Shown here in pieces: positions 9,069 through 18,629 of a stretch of 64,000 nt of DNA. Every line of letters starts with the position of its first letter. Positions within the stretch are counted from its first letter, which is position 1. The stretch comes from a virus: positions 1 to 64,000 of the IMG/VR virus record IMGVR_UViG_3300035145_003920; one strand, 5' to 3'. The translations under genes and the position numbers were made by a program. The notes under the pieces are model-generated. The model searched no databases. It saw nothing but the letters and a program-made list of their open reading frames with translations, and was not told the DNA's origin.

Positions 9069-9768
9069 AGATACGCTTACGTATCATTCGTTTAACTACT
9101 TTAGCAACTCCTGTTTCTAAAGCTTTTTTAGTAGCAGTACCAATAGATGATTGATTAAATTTAATTTCTTCTAAGTTTTCATCATTTAATAAAGTCATTT
9201 CTCTAGTAGTAGTTGATTTACCTAATCCTGAACCTGTCATATAAAGTCCAGTTTCAGCATCTACCATTTTAACTTGCAAACCTAATCTTGTAACTAAATT
9301 GCTTTTAACTCCATCTTTTAGACTAATAGATTCATCTTCAGAGATAGAAAAATCATATACTTCTATGTAACAGAAGTAATTAGCAAGCATAATTTTACCT
9401 TTAATGTTTATTTGATTTGCAGTAAATCCTTTTTGAGATGCCTTATATTGAGTAACCATTCTATCTTTGATTTCGTCTTTTGTTTCAACAAATTCAAATC
9501 TGAATGTCTCATCTAAGAATGCTACAGTTATATTGGTTAATCCTAATCCAACTCTATAATCACCTAGTTCCGGATATTGTGATAATACTTCATCACTAAC
9601 ACCAATATTAAGTAATGCTACAGTTACAGGATCGCCGTTGTATTCTGGTATTGACCAAATTGATTCCCTAGATTCAAACCCAGCAGTATAATCTTCGGTT
9701 GTTGTCTTTCCCAGTACTTGCCCAAATGCTACATTTAGCCCAAGTAAAAATACGATAAAATATTTCAT
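9058..9768 (-). CDS. CsgG/HfaB-like exported protein
   Basis: Signal peptide VAFG|Q; RFEFVE and LGLQVKMVDAETGLYMTGSG segments resemble the CsgG fold; no lipobox Cys. Confidence 0.65.
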   Translation of the reverse strand: MKYFIVFLLGLNVAFGQVLGKTTTEDYTAGFESRESIWSIPEYNGDPVTVALLNIGVSDEVLSQYPELGDYRVGLGLTNITVAFLDETFRFEFVETKDEIKDRMVTQYKASQKGFTANQINIKGKIMLANYFCYIEVYDFSISEDESISLKDGVKSNLVTRLGLQVKMVDAETGLYMTGSGLGKSTTTREMTLLNDENLEEIKFNQSSIGTATKKALETGVAKVVKRMIRKRIFDH

Positions 9769-9769
9769 C

Positions 9770-10021
9770 TTATCCTAGTGTGTCGAAAATACCAAAAGTA
9801 GCATTTTCAAATTGAGCTGGGTTTGTAATTAGTTGGAACACTACTGTTAACCATCCAACCCAAAATAATATTATAAGGCTTGTTACCCAAAACCAAATAA
9901 TAAAATCTACTGGATTCTTAGATTTAATAGCATTTTGCCATAGCTCAACCACTGGATAAAAAAAGTATGAAATAAATTGGATTAGCCAAAGATTTTTCGT
10001 ACGTTGTATTATATAATTCAT
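9770..10021 (-). CDS. Small membrane protein (83 aa)
   Basis: Start reassigned to the ATG at 10021 (A-rich leader); the longer ORF-track version runs through a GC-rich hairpin. Confidence 0.65.
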   Translation of the reverse strand: MNYIIQRTKNLWLIQFISYFFYPVVELWQNAIKSKNPVDFIIWFWVTSLIILFWVGWLTVVFQLITNPAQFENATFGIFDTLG

Positions 10022-10078
10022 GGTTTTTGTTTTAATTGTTATACACTTCACTTTATAATTAATCGATCCGTGAATAGA

Positions 10079-10104
10079 GAAGACCGGGTTGCCGCCTGGT
10101 CTTC
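10079..10104 (-). promoter_or_regulatory. Intergenic hairpin with GCGGCAAC apex
   Basis: GAAGACCAGGCGGCAACCCGGTCTTC; same apex as the hairpin at 13103-13122. Confidence 0.5.
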
Positions 10105-10110
10105 CACATT

Positions 10111-10392
10111 CTACCAATCGTATTCTTCTTTTCTTTCTTCTGTTTTAGATTTTTCTTCTTTAGGAGGAAGTACTATAGTCTTAGAAATTACAATTGTATC
10201 TTTAGTGGCTTCAGGTAAATTAATAGTTTGTTCCATTGCTGGTTGTTCTACTACTACTTCTTCTGCTACACCAAATATAGCTTCCATATTGGTTATTACT
10301 AAACCACCTGCAGCGGTAATAATAAGTCCAATTGTTGTAATTACTTGGTTTTTTATTTGACTAAAAAATCCTCCTTGTTTATCTTCACTCAT
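10111..10392 (-). CDS. Single-TM protein
   Basis: 93 aa, TM near the N-terminus, acidic/Pro tail. Confidence 0.7.
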   Translation of the reverse strand: MSEDKQGGFFSQIKNQVITTIGLIITAAGGLVITNMEAIFGVAEEVVVEQPAMEQTINLPEATKDTIVISKTIVLPPKEEKSKTEERKEEYDW

Positions 10393-10395
10393 TTT

Positions 10396-10773
10396 TTAAA
10401 ATTTAGAAAATACTGTTACTCCTATTACTGTATGATCTTCTTTAGCTAATTCTAATTTATATGAACTTTTTTCTAAAGTATTTACATACACTTTTAATAT
10501 ATTATCACCTTCTTTACCATTAAGTCTTTCTTGAGAAATTAATTCATTAGTCATACTATGTCTAATTTTTACTCTATAAACCCCATCTGAAGGTAATTTA
10601 ACATTCATAGCTACTCTTTCTGATACGATAGCACTAGCTAATTTAACCCCTACCAAATCTTCAATAAATAAAGCTTCTGGTACTTCTTGGTTTTCATCTA
10701 CCACAAGAAAATCGTCATCTTGTGCACATCCTAATACTAAAAATAATAGTAATATTGATAATAATTTTTTCAT
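10396..10773 (-). CDS. Lipoprotein with Ig-like / T9SS-CTD-like domain
   Basis: Lipobox VLG|C followed by AQDDD; C-terminal beta-sandwich resembling a type A T9SS sorting domain. Confidence 0.7.
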   Translation of the reverse strand: MKKLLSILLLFLVLGCAQDDDFLVVDENQEVPEALFIEDLVGVKLASAIVSERVAMNVKLPSDGVYRVKIRHSMTNELISQERLNGKEGDNILKVYVNTLEKSSYKLELAKEDHTVIGVTVFSKF

Positions 10774-10776
10774 TTT

Positions 10777-12480
10777 TTATTGAATTATAAATTTAACTTT
10801 TTGTCCATCAGCTTTAATTCCTTCTGTTAATTTAAAAGTAATTAACCCTGATGTATTTTGTAATGTTTCATTTGGAGTGAATATTAATTTGTAAGCATTT
10901 CCTGTTTTAATTGATACTTCTCCTGATTGATCTAAAGATCCTATATTTACTTTTGCTTGTTGTTCTTTATGATTTGCAAAATTAGTCATTGTGTTTCCTG
11001 TATCGAAAATTACATTATCTAATTCTAAAATAGTTTCATCATAATTTACGTTAAATTGAGCACCTACTACTCCTTCTTCTTGTAGATTAATAGTAAAATG
11101 TACTTTACCATCTACTAATTCAGAAACAACATCTAAATTACTTTCAATTTCATTTTGCAAAGCCATTGAAGTAACACTCATTCTTGCTTGAGAAGATTGA
11201 GCTGCACCTGTTTGGGCATAAGCACTTCCTTCTGCTGTTGGAACATATCCATGGGAAAAATCAACATCACCTATTAAAGAATGACCAAAACTAAATGCTT
11301 TATCATCATCAGTAGGTTCTATAATAAATTTCTGTCCGAAATAATAATCATCAGTTGATACACCTAATTGTTCTACTCTACCCCAAACATTTTTAGATCC
11401 ATTAGTTGAATTAGTAAACCATTCACTTAATCCTTCTACACCTTGAACATGACCTAAAGCTTGATAAGCATCTTCTGGTGTTATATTTCCTGAGTTATTT
11501 AATTCACCTAACAAATATTGTATTGCATAATCAAATGTATTTTGGTTGCTTGTATCTCCAGGTCCTCCTGCTCCAGTAGCATTACCTTGTTTAAAGATTA
11601 TAAAAGCATCTGATATAGTTAATACATCATCTAACCAAGTAGCTTGATCATTTACTTTAATTTCAAAATAGTATTTTTCATCTACAATTAAATTGCTAGT
11701 AATTACTTGCCCATTTGCATCAAAATTACCTGTTTCAATTGCATCTCCTGTTTTACCATTAACTCCATCAGCAGCATAAATTGCATAAGTAAAATCAGTA
11801 GCATGTTGAGCTTTAGCAGCTGAATTTAATGTTATAGTAACATTACCTGCATTTACTCCACTTACACTAGCTAATGTAATGTTTTCTGTACCCGCATTTA
11901 CATCTAGTAATCCTGAACTAGCACTTATATCTTCAAAGTTAGCAAAGTTAAGATCTGTAACATTATTATAATTAGAATAACCTGTACCCTGTCTATCTTT
12001 TATTTTAAATTTAACATATATCCAAGGAGTAGATAAAGGTAAATCTGAAGCAGACTGTATAATTACTCTACCTACGGACCAATCTGATACTACAGAATAA
12101 GAACTATTTCCTGCATTTAACCATCCTTGTTCATATTGTACATCTAAATCTGATTCAGCTATTGCTACACCAGCATAAGTGTTAATAGGATTAAATCTAT
12201 ATCCATTCCACATATTCCAAGAATTTTGAGCATCTGAAGGTAAACCACTTGTTGGGTTAAATTCATGTGAAACATATTCTAATAGTTTATTGTTCCATTC
12301 AAAGTCAAAATGAACACGATCAGGTGTCATTCCACTTCCATCTACCCCTTCAAATTTTACAGTAATTTCTTGTCCTACTTGAAATCCATTTGAGTCACCA
12401 TCTATATAGCTATGACTTAAATATCCTTGTTGAGAAAAAGCTATAAAAGGTAATATTAATAAAAATAATAATTTTTTCAT
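10777..12480 (-). CDS. Exported cohesin-dockerin-cohesin-like protein
   Basis: Signal IAFS|Q; HFDFEWNNKLLEYV and GAQFNVNYDETILEL cohesin-like strands; paired dockerin-like loops DVLTISDAF and ELNNSGNITPEDAY. Confidence 0.7.
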   Translation of the reverse strand: MKKLLFLLILPFIAFSQQGYLSHSYIDGDSNGFQVGQEITVKFEGVDGSGMTPDRVHFDFEWNNKLLEYVSHEFNPTSGLPSDAQNSWNMWNGYRFNPINTYAGVAIAESDLDVQYEQGWLNAGNSSYSVVSDWSVGRVIIQSASDLPLSTPWIYVKFKIKDRQGTGYSNYNNVTDLNFANFEDISASSGLLDVNAGTENITLASVSGVNAGNVTITLNSAAKAQHATDFTYAIYAADGVNGKTGDAIETGNFDANGQVITSNLIVDEKYYFEIKVNDQATWLDDVLTISDAFIIFKQGNATGAGGPGDTSNQNTFDYAIQYLLGELNNSGNITPEDAYQALGHVQGVEGLSEWFTNSTNGSKNVWGRVEQLGVSTDDYYFGQKFIIEPTDDDKAFSFGHSLIGDVDFSHGYVPTAEGSAYAQTGAAQSSQARMSVTSMALQNEIESNLDVVSELVDGKVHFTINLQEEGVVGAQFNVNYDETILELDNVIFDTGNTMTNFANHKEQQAKVNIGSLDQSGEVSIKTGNAYKLIFTPNETLQNTSGLITFKLTEGIKADGQKVKFIIQ

Positions 12481-12581
12481 TTTTTTTTATTCATGTGTTT
12501 TGTTAACGATGGGTACATTTCATATCCGATTTTTGTAAGCCAATTGTCAACTTTAATTAGTATTTGTTTTAATTTATTCAT
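12477..12581 (-). CDS. Micro-ORF (34 aa)
   Basis: MNKLKQILIKVDNWLTKIGYEMYPSLTKHMNKKK; ATGA overlaps with both neighbours. Confidence 0.6.
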   Translation of the reverse strand: MNKLKQILIKVDNWLTKIGYEMYPSLTKHMNKKK

Positions 12582-13051
12582 AATTTTAGTTTGTCAATAA
12601 GTTGTTCACATACTTTTTTAAGTGCACTTGACACCCCTGCCTGAGAAAACTTACCTCCATTATCTATTATTAAAGTAGATGTTGAAATTGATTTTGAAGT
12701 GCCTTTAGCATTTACTTCTTTTACTATTTCCCCATCTATAATTAATCTTGCTCCTGCTACAATTTGCGTTATATCTACTTTACGTCCATATACTGCAAAT
12801 TGAGCACTATTCTTTTTAACATCAAAATAAAGTAATTCAACCTTGATACTCTTTGGTGCATTATCATCTAAATAATAGTCTCTATCTTGAACTACTTCTT
12901 CCAATATATTTTTTACACCAAATGCCAGGTTACGGTTACCCGCAAAAGGGCCCATAACAATGTTATTGGTAACTTCTTCTATGCGTATAGTTTCTTGACT
13001 ATACCCATTAATGCCTAGTATTAAGGCAATAATGAAACATGTTAATTTCAT
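12578..13051 (-). CDS. Exported protein, first gene of the surface operon
   Basis: Signal NGYS|Q; C-terminus FSQAGVSSALKK resembles FNQSSIGTATKKAL of the CsgG-like protein. Confidence 0.75.
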   Translation of the reverse strand: MKLTCFIIALILGINGYSQETIRIEEVTNNIVMGPFAGNRNLAFGVKNILEEVVQDRDYYLDDNAPKSIKVELLYFDVKKNSAQFAVYGRKVDITQIVAGARLIIDGEIVKEVNAKGTSKSISTSTLIIDNGGKFSQAGVSSALKKVCEQLIDKLKL

Positions 13052-13102
13052 ATTTAACTTTTTCGTTAATAAAAAACGTTTTGAGAAACTCTTAGATTGA
13101 AA

Positions 13103-13122
13103 AACATTGTTGCCGCAATGTT
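13103..13122 (-). promoter_or_regulatory. Leader hairpin with GCGGCAAC apex
   Basis: AACATTGCGGCAACAATGTT just downstream of a TATGTATC late-promoter variant (13130-13137). Confidence 0.5.
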
Positions 13123-13137
13123 GATCAGTGATACATA

Positions 13138-13165
13138 TAAAAAAAGGGGGTCAAATTGACCCCCT
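13138..13165 (-). terminator. Rho-independent terminator
   Basis: AGGGGGTCAA-T-TTGACCCCCT inverted repeat followed by a T-run. Confidence 0.85.
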
Positions 13166-13191
13166 ATCATTGTTATTTCGCTTTATTCGCA

Positions 13192-13422
13192 CTATTTTTT
13201 AATAATGTGATATAAAACAAATGCGCCTACTAGACCAAGTAGACCTTCAGCACTTAGTGATCCTAAAATTCCCATAATATTATCAACTACTGAAATTTCT
13301 GGCCAAAAAGGAATATTAACTCCTTTAAATAGTACTTCTAGTACTACTCCTAGTGCAATTAAACTGATACCGATTTTTGTTAAATCATCAGCCCAAGAAC
13401 CAATTTTCTTTAATAAATCCAT
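13192..13422 (-). CDS. Small membrane protein
   Basis: 76 aa, two hydrophobic helices. Confidence 0.75.
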   Translation of the reverse strand: MDLLKKIGSWADDLTKIGISLIALGVVLEVLFKGVNIPFWPEISVVDNIMGILGSLSAEGLLGLVGAFVLYHIIKK

Positions 13423-13490
13423 AATTAAAAGATTAAGTTATACAATAAATAACTTCCGGATTTTTGGCAATTGCGTGAAATAAATATGAA

Positions 13491-15206
13491 CTATCCGTCG
13501 CAAGATACACAATCTGCCATTCTTGAACCAAGATCACCCTTGATAACACTGTCAGTTCTTAGGTAATATAATGTTTTTATCCCAAGCTTCCACGCCTCTA
13601 AATGCACTTGATTTATCCATTTTGGTGAATCATTAGGATCAAATGACAAATTCAAAGATTGAGTTTGGTCAATATATTGCTGCCTTATTGCAGCTTGGCG
13701 CACCAATTCTAATTGATTTATCTCAGGAAACGTTAAAAATAATTCTTTTTCGTCAGGAGTTAATACATTATCTGGTAGATTCATTACTGATCCTCCATCA
13801 GCTAACATTTGATCCCACCATTTATCTTTATCTTCTCCTTTTTCAACTAAAATTGATTGTAATACTTTATTTTTTCTAATAAAAGTACCTTTAGCACCAT
13901 TAAAAGTATAGATATTAGCTGGTAAAGGTTCAATACCTGCTGAAATTCCTCCTGTAATTACTGAATTAGAAACTGTAGGAGCAATTGCTAATAAGTGAGT
14001 ATTTCTCATTCCTGTTCCTCTACACCATAATGGTTCTCCATATTCTACAGCTAAATCCCTAGATGCTTTTTCTGCTTTAGATCTAATATCTGAAAATATA
14101 TTATGAGTATGAGCAGTTGAAGCAATTGAATTAAATGGCAATTTCTTTTGTTGTAAAAATGTATGCCAACCCATTACACCTAAACCTAAAGCTCTACCTT
14201 TAGAAGCATGTTTATGAGTTCTTTTTAATGAATCTCTACCACTAGATTTATCAATAAATTCTTGCATTACACCATCTAAAAACCATGTAGCTAATTCTAC
14301 AGTATCAGTATCTTTCCACTCATCATATTTAGCTAAATTTAAGGATGATAAACAACAAATAAATGAATGTTCCTCATCTGTAAATAAAGTAATTTCAGAA
14401 CAAATATTAGTCATTGTTACATCTAAATTATGTAATCTATAAGCAATAGGATTATCTTTATTAACATTATCCTTATACATTACATAAGGTTCACCTGTTT
14501 CCATTCTTGACTTTAAAATAGTAGCCCAAGTATTCATTGCTTCAGGATCTCTTGTTTCTAACTTACGCATAAATACATCATCTACAACCACACATTGATG
14601 TAAATTTAAACACTGTCTATTAGGATCTCCTTTAGGTCTTCTAATTTGTAAAAATTCATCTATATCTGGGTGGTTAACATCTAAATTTACAGATGCTGCT
14701 CCTCTTCTTACATTACCTTGATTAGTAGCAATAATTGCAGAATCATATATTTTACACCAAGGAACAACACCTTCAGATTTCCCATTACCTGTAATTTCTT
14801 TCCCACGTGGTCTAATGCGGGATACACTAATACCTACACCCCCACCGGATGCTGTTAGCTTCATTAGTTCTGCGTTAGTTAAACCGATTCCACGTATAGA
14901 ATCGGGTGTATCAATACCAAAACATGAAATAGGTAAACCACGATCTGTTCCCATATTTGATAAAACAGGTGATGCTAAACCAACCCAACCATTCCAAAAT
15001 AATCTAAAAAATTTATTTGATAGTTCAGGTTTTTTAAGTCTATTAGCTGCGGCGTTTGCAACTCTTCTATAAGCGGTTTTAACTGTTTCTCCAGGTAATA
15101 AGTATCCTTTAGATACTGTTGCTAAAGAAATTTCATCCATCCACTCAGGATATTGTTTTCCCGGTTCCCAATTTGTATAATCTACTTGTAATGCGTTATT
15201 TTCCAT
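13491..15206 (-). CDS. nrdA: Ribonucleotide reductase class I alpha subunit (no ATP cone)
   Basis: PISCF, TNICSEI, LLAIAPT, KTLYY, C-terminal CVSC. Confidence 0.96.
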   Translation of the reverse strand: MENNALQVDYTNWEPGKQYPEWMDEISLATVSKGYLLPGETVKTAYRRVANAAANRLKKPELSNKFFRLFWNGWVGLASPVLSNMGTDRGLPISCFGIDTPDSIRGIGLTNAELMKLTASGGGVGISVSRIRPRGKEITGNGKSEGVVPWCKIYDSAIIATNQGNVRRGAASVNLDVNHPDIDEFLQIRRPKGDPNRQCLNLHQCVVVDDVFMRKLETRDPEAMNTWATILKSRMETGEPYVMYKDNVNKDNPIAYRLHNLDVTMTNICSEITLFTDEEHSFICCLSSLNLAKYDEWKDTDTVELATWFLDGVMQEFIDKSSGRDSLKRTHKHASKGRALGLGVMGWHTFLQQKKLPFNSIASTAHTHNIFSDIRSKAEKASRDLAVEYGEPLWCRGTGMRNTHLLAIAPTVSNSVITGGISAGIEPLPANIYTFNGAKGTFIRKNKVLQSILVEKGEDKDKWWDQMLADGGSVMNLPDNVLTPDEKELFLTFPEINQLELVRQAAIRQQYIDQTQSLNLSFDPNDSPKWINQVHLEAWKLGIKTLYYLRTDSVIKGDLGSRMADCVSCDG

Positions 15207-15209
15207 ATT

Positions 15210-16196
15210 TTAAAATAATGATGCTGCGTCCCAATTTTGAACACCTTTACTATAATTTGTTACTCTATTTGCAAAGAAATCTGTATGTTGTTTTCCTGCT
15301 GATAATGAATCAAACCATTTCATTCTTTGTACTGCTTCAGTATCAATCCCATTTACAATAGGACCATATCCTAAATCTCCCATTTTTGTGTTTACTCTAT
15401 GTTTGATAAATGATACTAAATCATATTTTGAACATCCTTCTAAATCACCCATTTCATAAACTTTATCAATAAAATCTAATTCTAATTTTAGGGATAAATG
15501 AGCAGCTTCCTCAATTTGTGCCCTTAATTCTGGTGTATCAAATTCAGGATGTTCTTTTAATAATGTTCTAAATAACCAGCAGCCAGCATTTGAATGTAAT
15601 GATTCATCTCTAATACTCCATTCTACTATTTGTCCAACTCCTTTAAGTAAATTTCTAAGTTTAAAAGATAATAAAACGGCAAATGATGAAAATAAATTTA
15701 CACCTTCTGTAAAAGCTGAAAAGATAGCTAATGATTTAGCTCTTTCATGCCAGTCAGGAGTACCATCATGACTATCTCTTACATTCATAAGAGTTTCAAT
15801 CTTAGCCATTGTTGTTTCATCTTCTAAAAATTCACTAAAATCATCTAATCCTAATTCTTCATTTAATAAAGAATAAGCTTCAGCATGTATCGTTTCAAAA
15901 GCACCAAAAGTAACTGCCATTTTAATTACTTCAGGTTTTCTAAACCAAGAAGTTACTAAAGTAGACCAGTAATCATTTACTACTGTTTCTGTTTGAGCAA
16001 AACCTTTAAGGATGGACCCAATTATATTTTTTTCGGTTTTATTTAAGTTTTGTTTCCAATCATTGACATCTGACATCATAGGCACTTCAGTGTGTAACCA
16101 ATGTGCTTGTTGTTGTTTCATCCAATAATCGTGTGCTTCAGGATACTCGAATGGTTTATAAACGATACGTTCCTGCAATAGAGATTTCTTTGCCAT
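15210..16196 (-). CDS. nrdB: Ribonucleotide reductase class I beta subunit
   Basis: ETIHAEAY, RDESLH, DFFANRVTNY. Confidence 0.96.
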   Translation of the reverse strand: MAKKSLLQERIVYKPFEYPEAHDYWMKQQQAHWLHTEVPMMSDVNDWKQNLNKTEKNIIGSILKGFAQTETVVNDYWSTLVTSWFRKPEVIKMAVTFGAFETIHAEAYSLLNEELGLDDFSEFLEDETTMAKIETLMNVRDSHDGTPDWHERAKSLAIFSAFTEGVNLFSSFAVLLSFKLRNLLKGVGQIVEWSIRDESLHSNAGCWLFRTLLKEHPEFDTPELRAQIEEAAHLSLKLELDFIDKVYEMGDLEGCSKYDLVSFIKHRVNTKMGDLGYGPIVNGIDTEAVQRMKWFDSLSAGKQHTDFFANRVTNYSKGVQNWDAASLF

Positions 16197-16218
16197 GTTT
16201 TTAATTTAATGCGTTAAT

Positions 16219-17589
16219 TTATTTTTCTAATTCGAAAAACTTTTTTCTTAATAACTGTTTATCAAAAGTATCAACATCAGTATCAAACTTATTAGATTGA
16301 GATGGTGGAGCGAGTTGTTCATTGTCCTCGCTATCTTGGTAATCAAATACTTCGAAGTGACCTGTTGAAGTATCTGCATTTACAGAAAAAGTGAGACCAT
16401 CCATCCCGTATCTATTTTTCATAATATGATATCTACCAGTATTATTTACTTTATCTTCTTTTTTACGAGAAAGAGACATCGCGAAATCAGAAATCATCAT
16501 CTTATCATATGATCCTGCTGCTTTATCTCCTTCAATTATTTTATCTTGAGCTCCCGCTCTATTTACCTGCGAAACTGACCAAATAGGAATGTCTAGCTGC
16601 CTAGCAAGGCCTTTTGTGCTTGTATAAATATCATCAATTTCGTCCTTACGCTCACGATTTTTCTTTCTTGATGAAAGTAAATCAACGTAATCAATTATAA
16701 CCATATCAGGTTTAATTCCCATTCCTGAGCATTTGTTAATATGAGATTCTATTGTTGAGATAGTCGCACGTCCTGTTGGAAATTCTTTAATTATTAACTG
16801 TCCTGGCAATTGGGGAATTGTTTCTTCTACTTTATCTCTAAATGAATCTATTTTATTAACTGGTACTTTGGTAAAGAAAGCGTCATATCTTTTACCAACA
16901 TAATCTTCTCCTAATTCAAGTGTATAATGAAGTACATTATATCCTAATCTAACAGCATAACCTCCTAAGGCAACAAGAGACCACGATTTACCACCTCCAG
17001 GATTACCAAAGATAAGACCAAAATCTCCGTTTCCAAGTCCACCTTGTAATAAACCATTAATACGTTCCCAAGGTGTTGGTATAGTTGTTCTTGAATTTTC
17101 TCTATACCTTTCTTCAATGTCTTTAATATACTCATGTCCTATATTTTTATCTTGGCCTGCTTTTAAAGCATTATCAATTAAAAAACGAATACCATCAAAA
17201 TCACCTCCTTTAAGTAAATCAACAGAAGACATTAATGCCTTTTTTAATTGTTGATTTCTACAAAAGTTAGTAAATTCTTCTTGTACATATTCTAAATCCT
17301 CATCTGAAGTAACATATGCTTCTTTAAGTTGTTCTTTAATAGATATTTGTAATACTTCATTATCTACTTTTTGTAATTCAACTTTTAATATATCTAATGA
17401 AGGAGTAGTATGATATTTGTCATAATAATTTAAAATTTCTTTAATAGCCCATTTTTGAGCTGGGTTTTCAAAATATTCTTCACTTATAATATCGTGAATG
17501 TTAGTTAAAAATTCTTTATGTGTTAATAAAGAAGATAAAACCTTTATTTGAAATTCGTGTCCGTATTGATTTATACTATTGAGTGTCAA
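16219..17589 (-). CDS. Replicative helicase (DnaB/T4 gp41-like)
   Basis: GNPGGGKS Walker A, IIDYVD, SQVNR, KNRYG. Confidence 0.92.
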   Translation of the reverse strand: MTLNSINQYGHEFQIKVLSSLLTHKEFLTNIHDIISEEYFENPAQKWAIKEILNYYDKYHTTPSLDILKVELQKVDNEVLQISIKEQLKEAYVTSDEDLEYVQEEFTNFCRNQQLKKALMSSVDLLKGGDFDGIRFLIDNALKAGQDKNIGHEYIKDIEERYRENSRTTIPTPWERINGLLQGGLGNGDFGLIFGNPGGGKSWSLVALGGYAVRLGYNVLHYTLELGEDYVGKRYDAFFTKVPVNKIDSFRDKVEETIPQLPGQLIIKEFPTGRATISTIESHINKCSGMGIKPDMVIIDYVDLLSSRKKNRERKDEIDDIYTSTKGLARQLDIPIWSVSQVNRAGAQDKIIEGDKAAGSYDKMMISDFAMSLSRKKEDKVNNTGRYHIMKNRYGMDGLTFSVNADTSTGHFEVFDYQDSEDNEQLAPPSQSNKFDTDVDTFDKQLLRKKFFELEK

Positions 17590-18626
17590 TCTTTATAACC
17601 TTTAAATTGTGAAAATATATCTTTTAACCAAATATCTAAATTTCTAATCATTCCCCCTAATTGATCTTCATTATAAAATTGAATAAACATATCAGGATTA
17701 AATTCTGGGAATTCAGAACTGATTACATCATCCAAATATTCATCTTCTCTTTCATCAATCATAGGAGTTCCAAGATCCATAACTTTAAAACTTGTTTCAA
17801 TTCTATCTTGATCTTGAATCACTCTAGAATATACAACATGGTCTTTGAATTTCCTAGTAGAAATTTCAAAAATGTCATCTAATGTTAAATCTCTTTCTTG
17901 TAATTCAGGGAATTTTTTAAATATACCTTTTGCACCTAATCCTTTAACTCCCGGAATATTATCTGAATTATCTCCAAGTAATGTTTTATATAAGATAAAG
18001 TTTTGGGGAGATACACCAAATTTTTCTTTTACTGCTTGAGGTGTATAATATTCTTTTTCCATTGGTCTATATAAAATAATTTTATCAGTAACCAATTGAA
18101 CAAAATCTTTATCAGATGATACAATAAAACATGTAGAATTATGTTTTTTAACTAATTTCTTTGCTAATACAGCTATAATGTCATCAGCTTCTACTTTATC
18201 AATTATAGTAGTTTTAACAGGTAATAATTTTAAATATTGAATTACTCTAACTATTTGGTCTACTTTAGAATCATGTTCTTCTTCTAAATTATCAAATGCA
18301 TCCCAATTAGTAACTCGTTGTAAATTCCTTCCTCCTTTGTATTCGGAGAGCAGGTTCTTCCGGTTGGCAGTCGAACCCGCTCCATCGAATACTACATAAA
18401 CAGAGGTTGGTTGGGTTTGTCTAATCATGGCACCTAAAGAGCGAAAGAATCCACCTAACCCACCAATGTGAACTCCATCAGGATTGACCATATTCATCAT
18501 AGCAAAGTTCCTAAAAAATAGATTTAATCCATCTATTAATAATACTTTATCATGTTTTTTTAATATAGTTTCCTCCCCTTGTTCTTGGACTTCGTCCAAC
18601 AACTTAAATAACTCTTTGTGCTTCAT
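17586..18626 (-). CDS. 5'-3' exonuclease / T4 RNase H-like flap nuclease
   Basis: LLIDG, VFDG, EADD, SSDKD, GDNSDNIPGVKGLG. Confidence 0.93.
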   Translation of the reverse strand: MKHKELFKLLDEVQEQGEETILKKHDKVLLIDGLNLFFRNFAMMNMVNPDGVHIGGLGGFFRSLGAMIRQTQPTSVYVVFDGAGSTANRKNLLSEYKGGRNLQRVTNWDAFDNLEEEHDSKVDQIVRVIQYLKLLPVKTTIIDKVEADDIIAVLAKKLVKKHNSTCFIVSSDKDFVQLVTDKIILYRPMEKEYYTPQAVKEKFGVSPQNFILYKTLLGDNSDNIPGVKGLGAKGIFKKFPELQERDLTLDDIFEISTRKFKDHVVYSRVIQDQDRIETSFKVMDLGTPMIDEREDEYLDDVISSEFPEFNPDMFIQFYNEDQLGGMIRNLDIWLKDIFSQFKGYKD

Positions 18627-18629
18627 AAT

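Noticed and set aside
10022-10117. N-terminal extension MVECGRPGGNP of ORF 9770-10117
   Set aside because: Runs through a GC-rich hairpin; the ATG at 10021 has the typical A-rich leader
7275-13051. Complete curli (csgBAC/DEFG) operon
   Set aside because: Only CsgG-like similarity; no curlin repeat protein is visible
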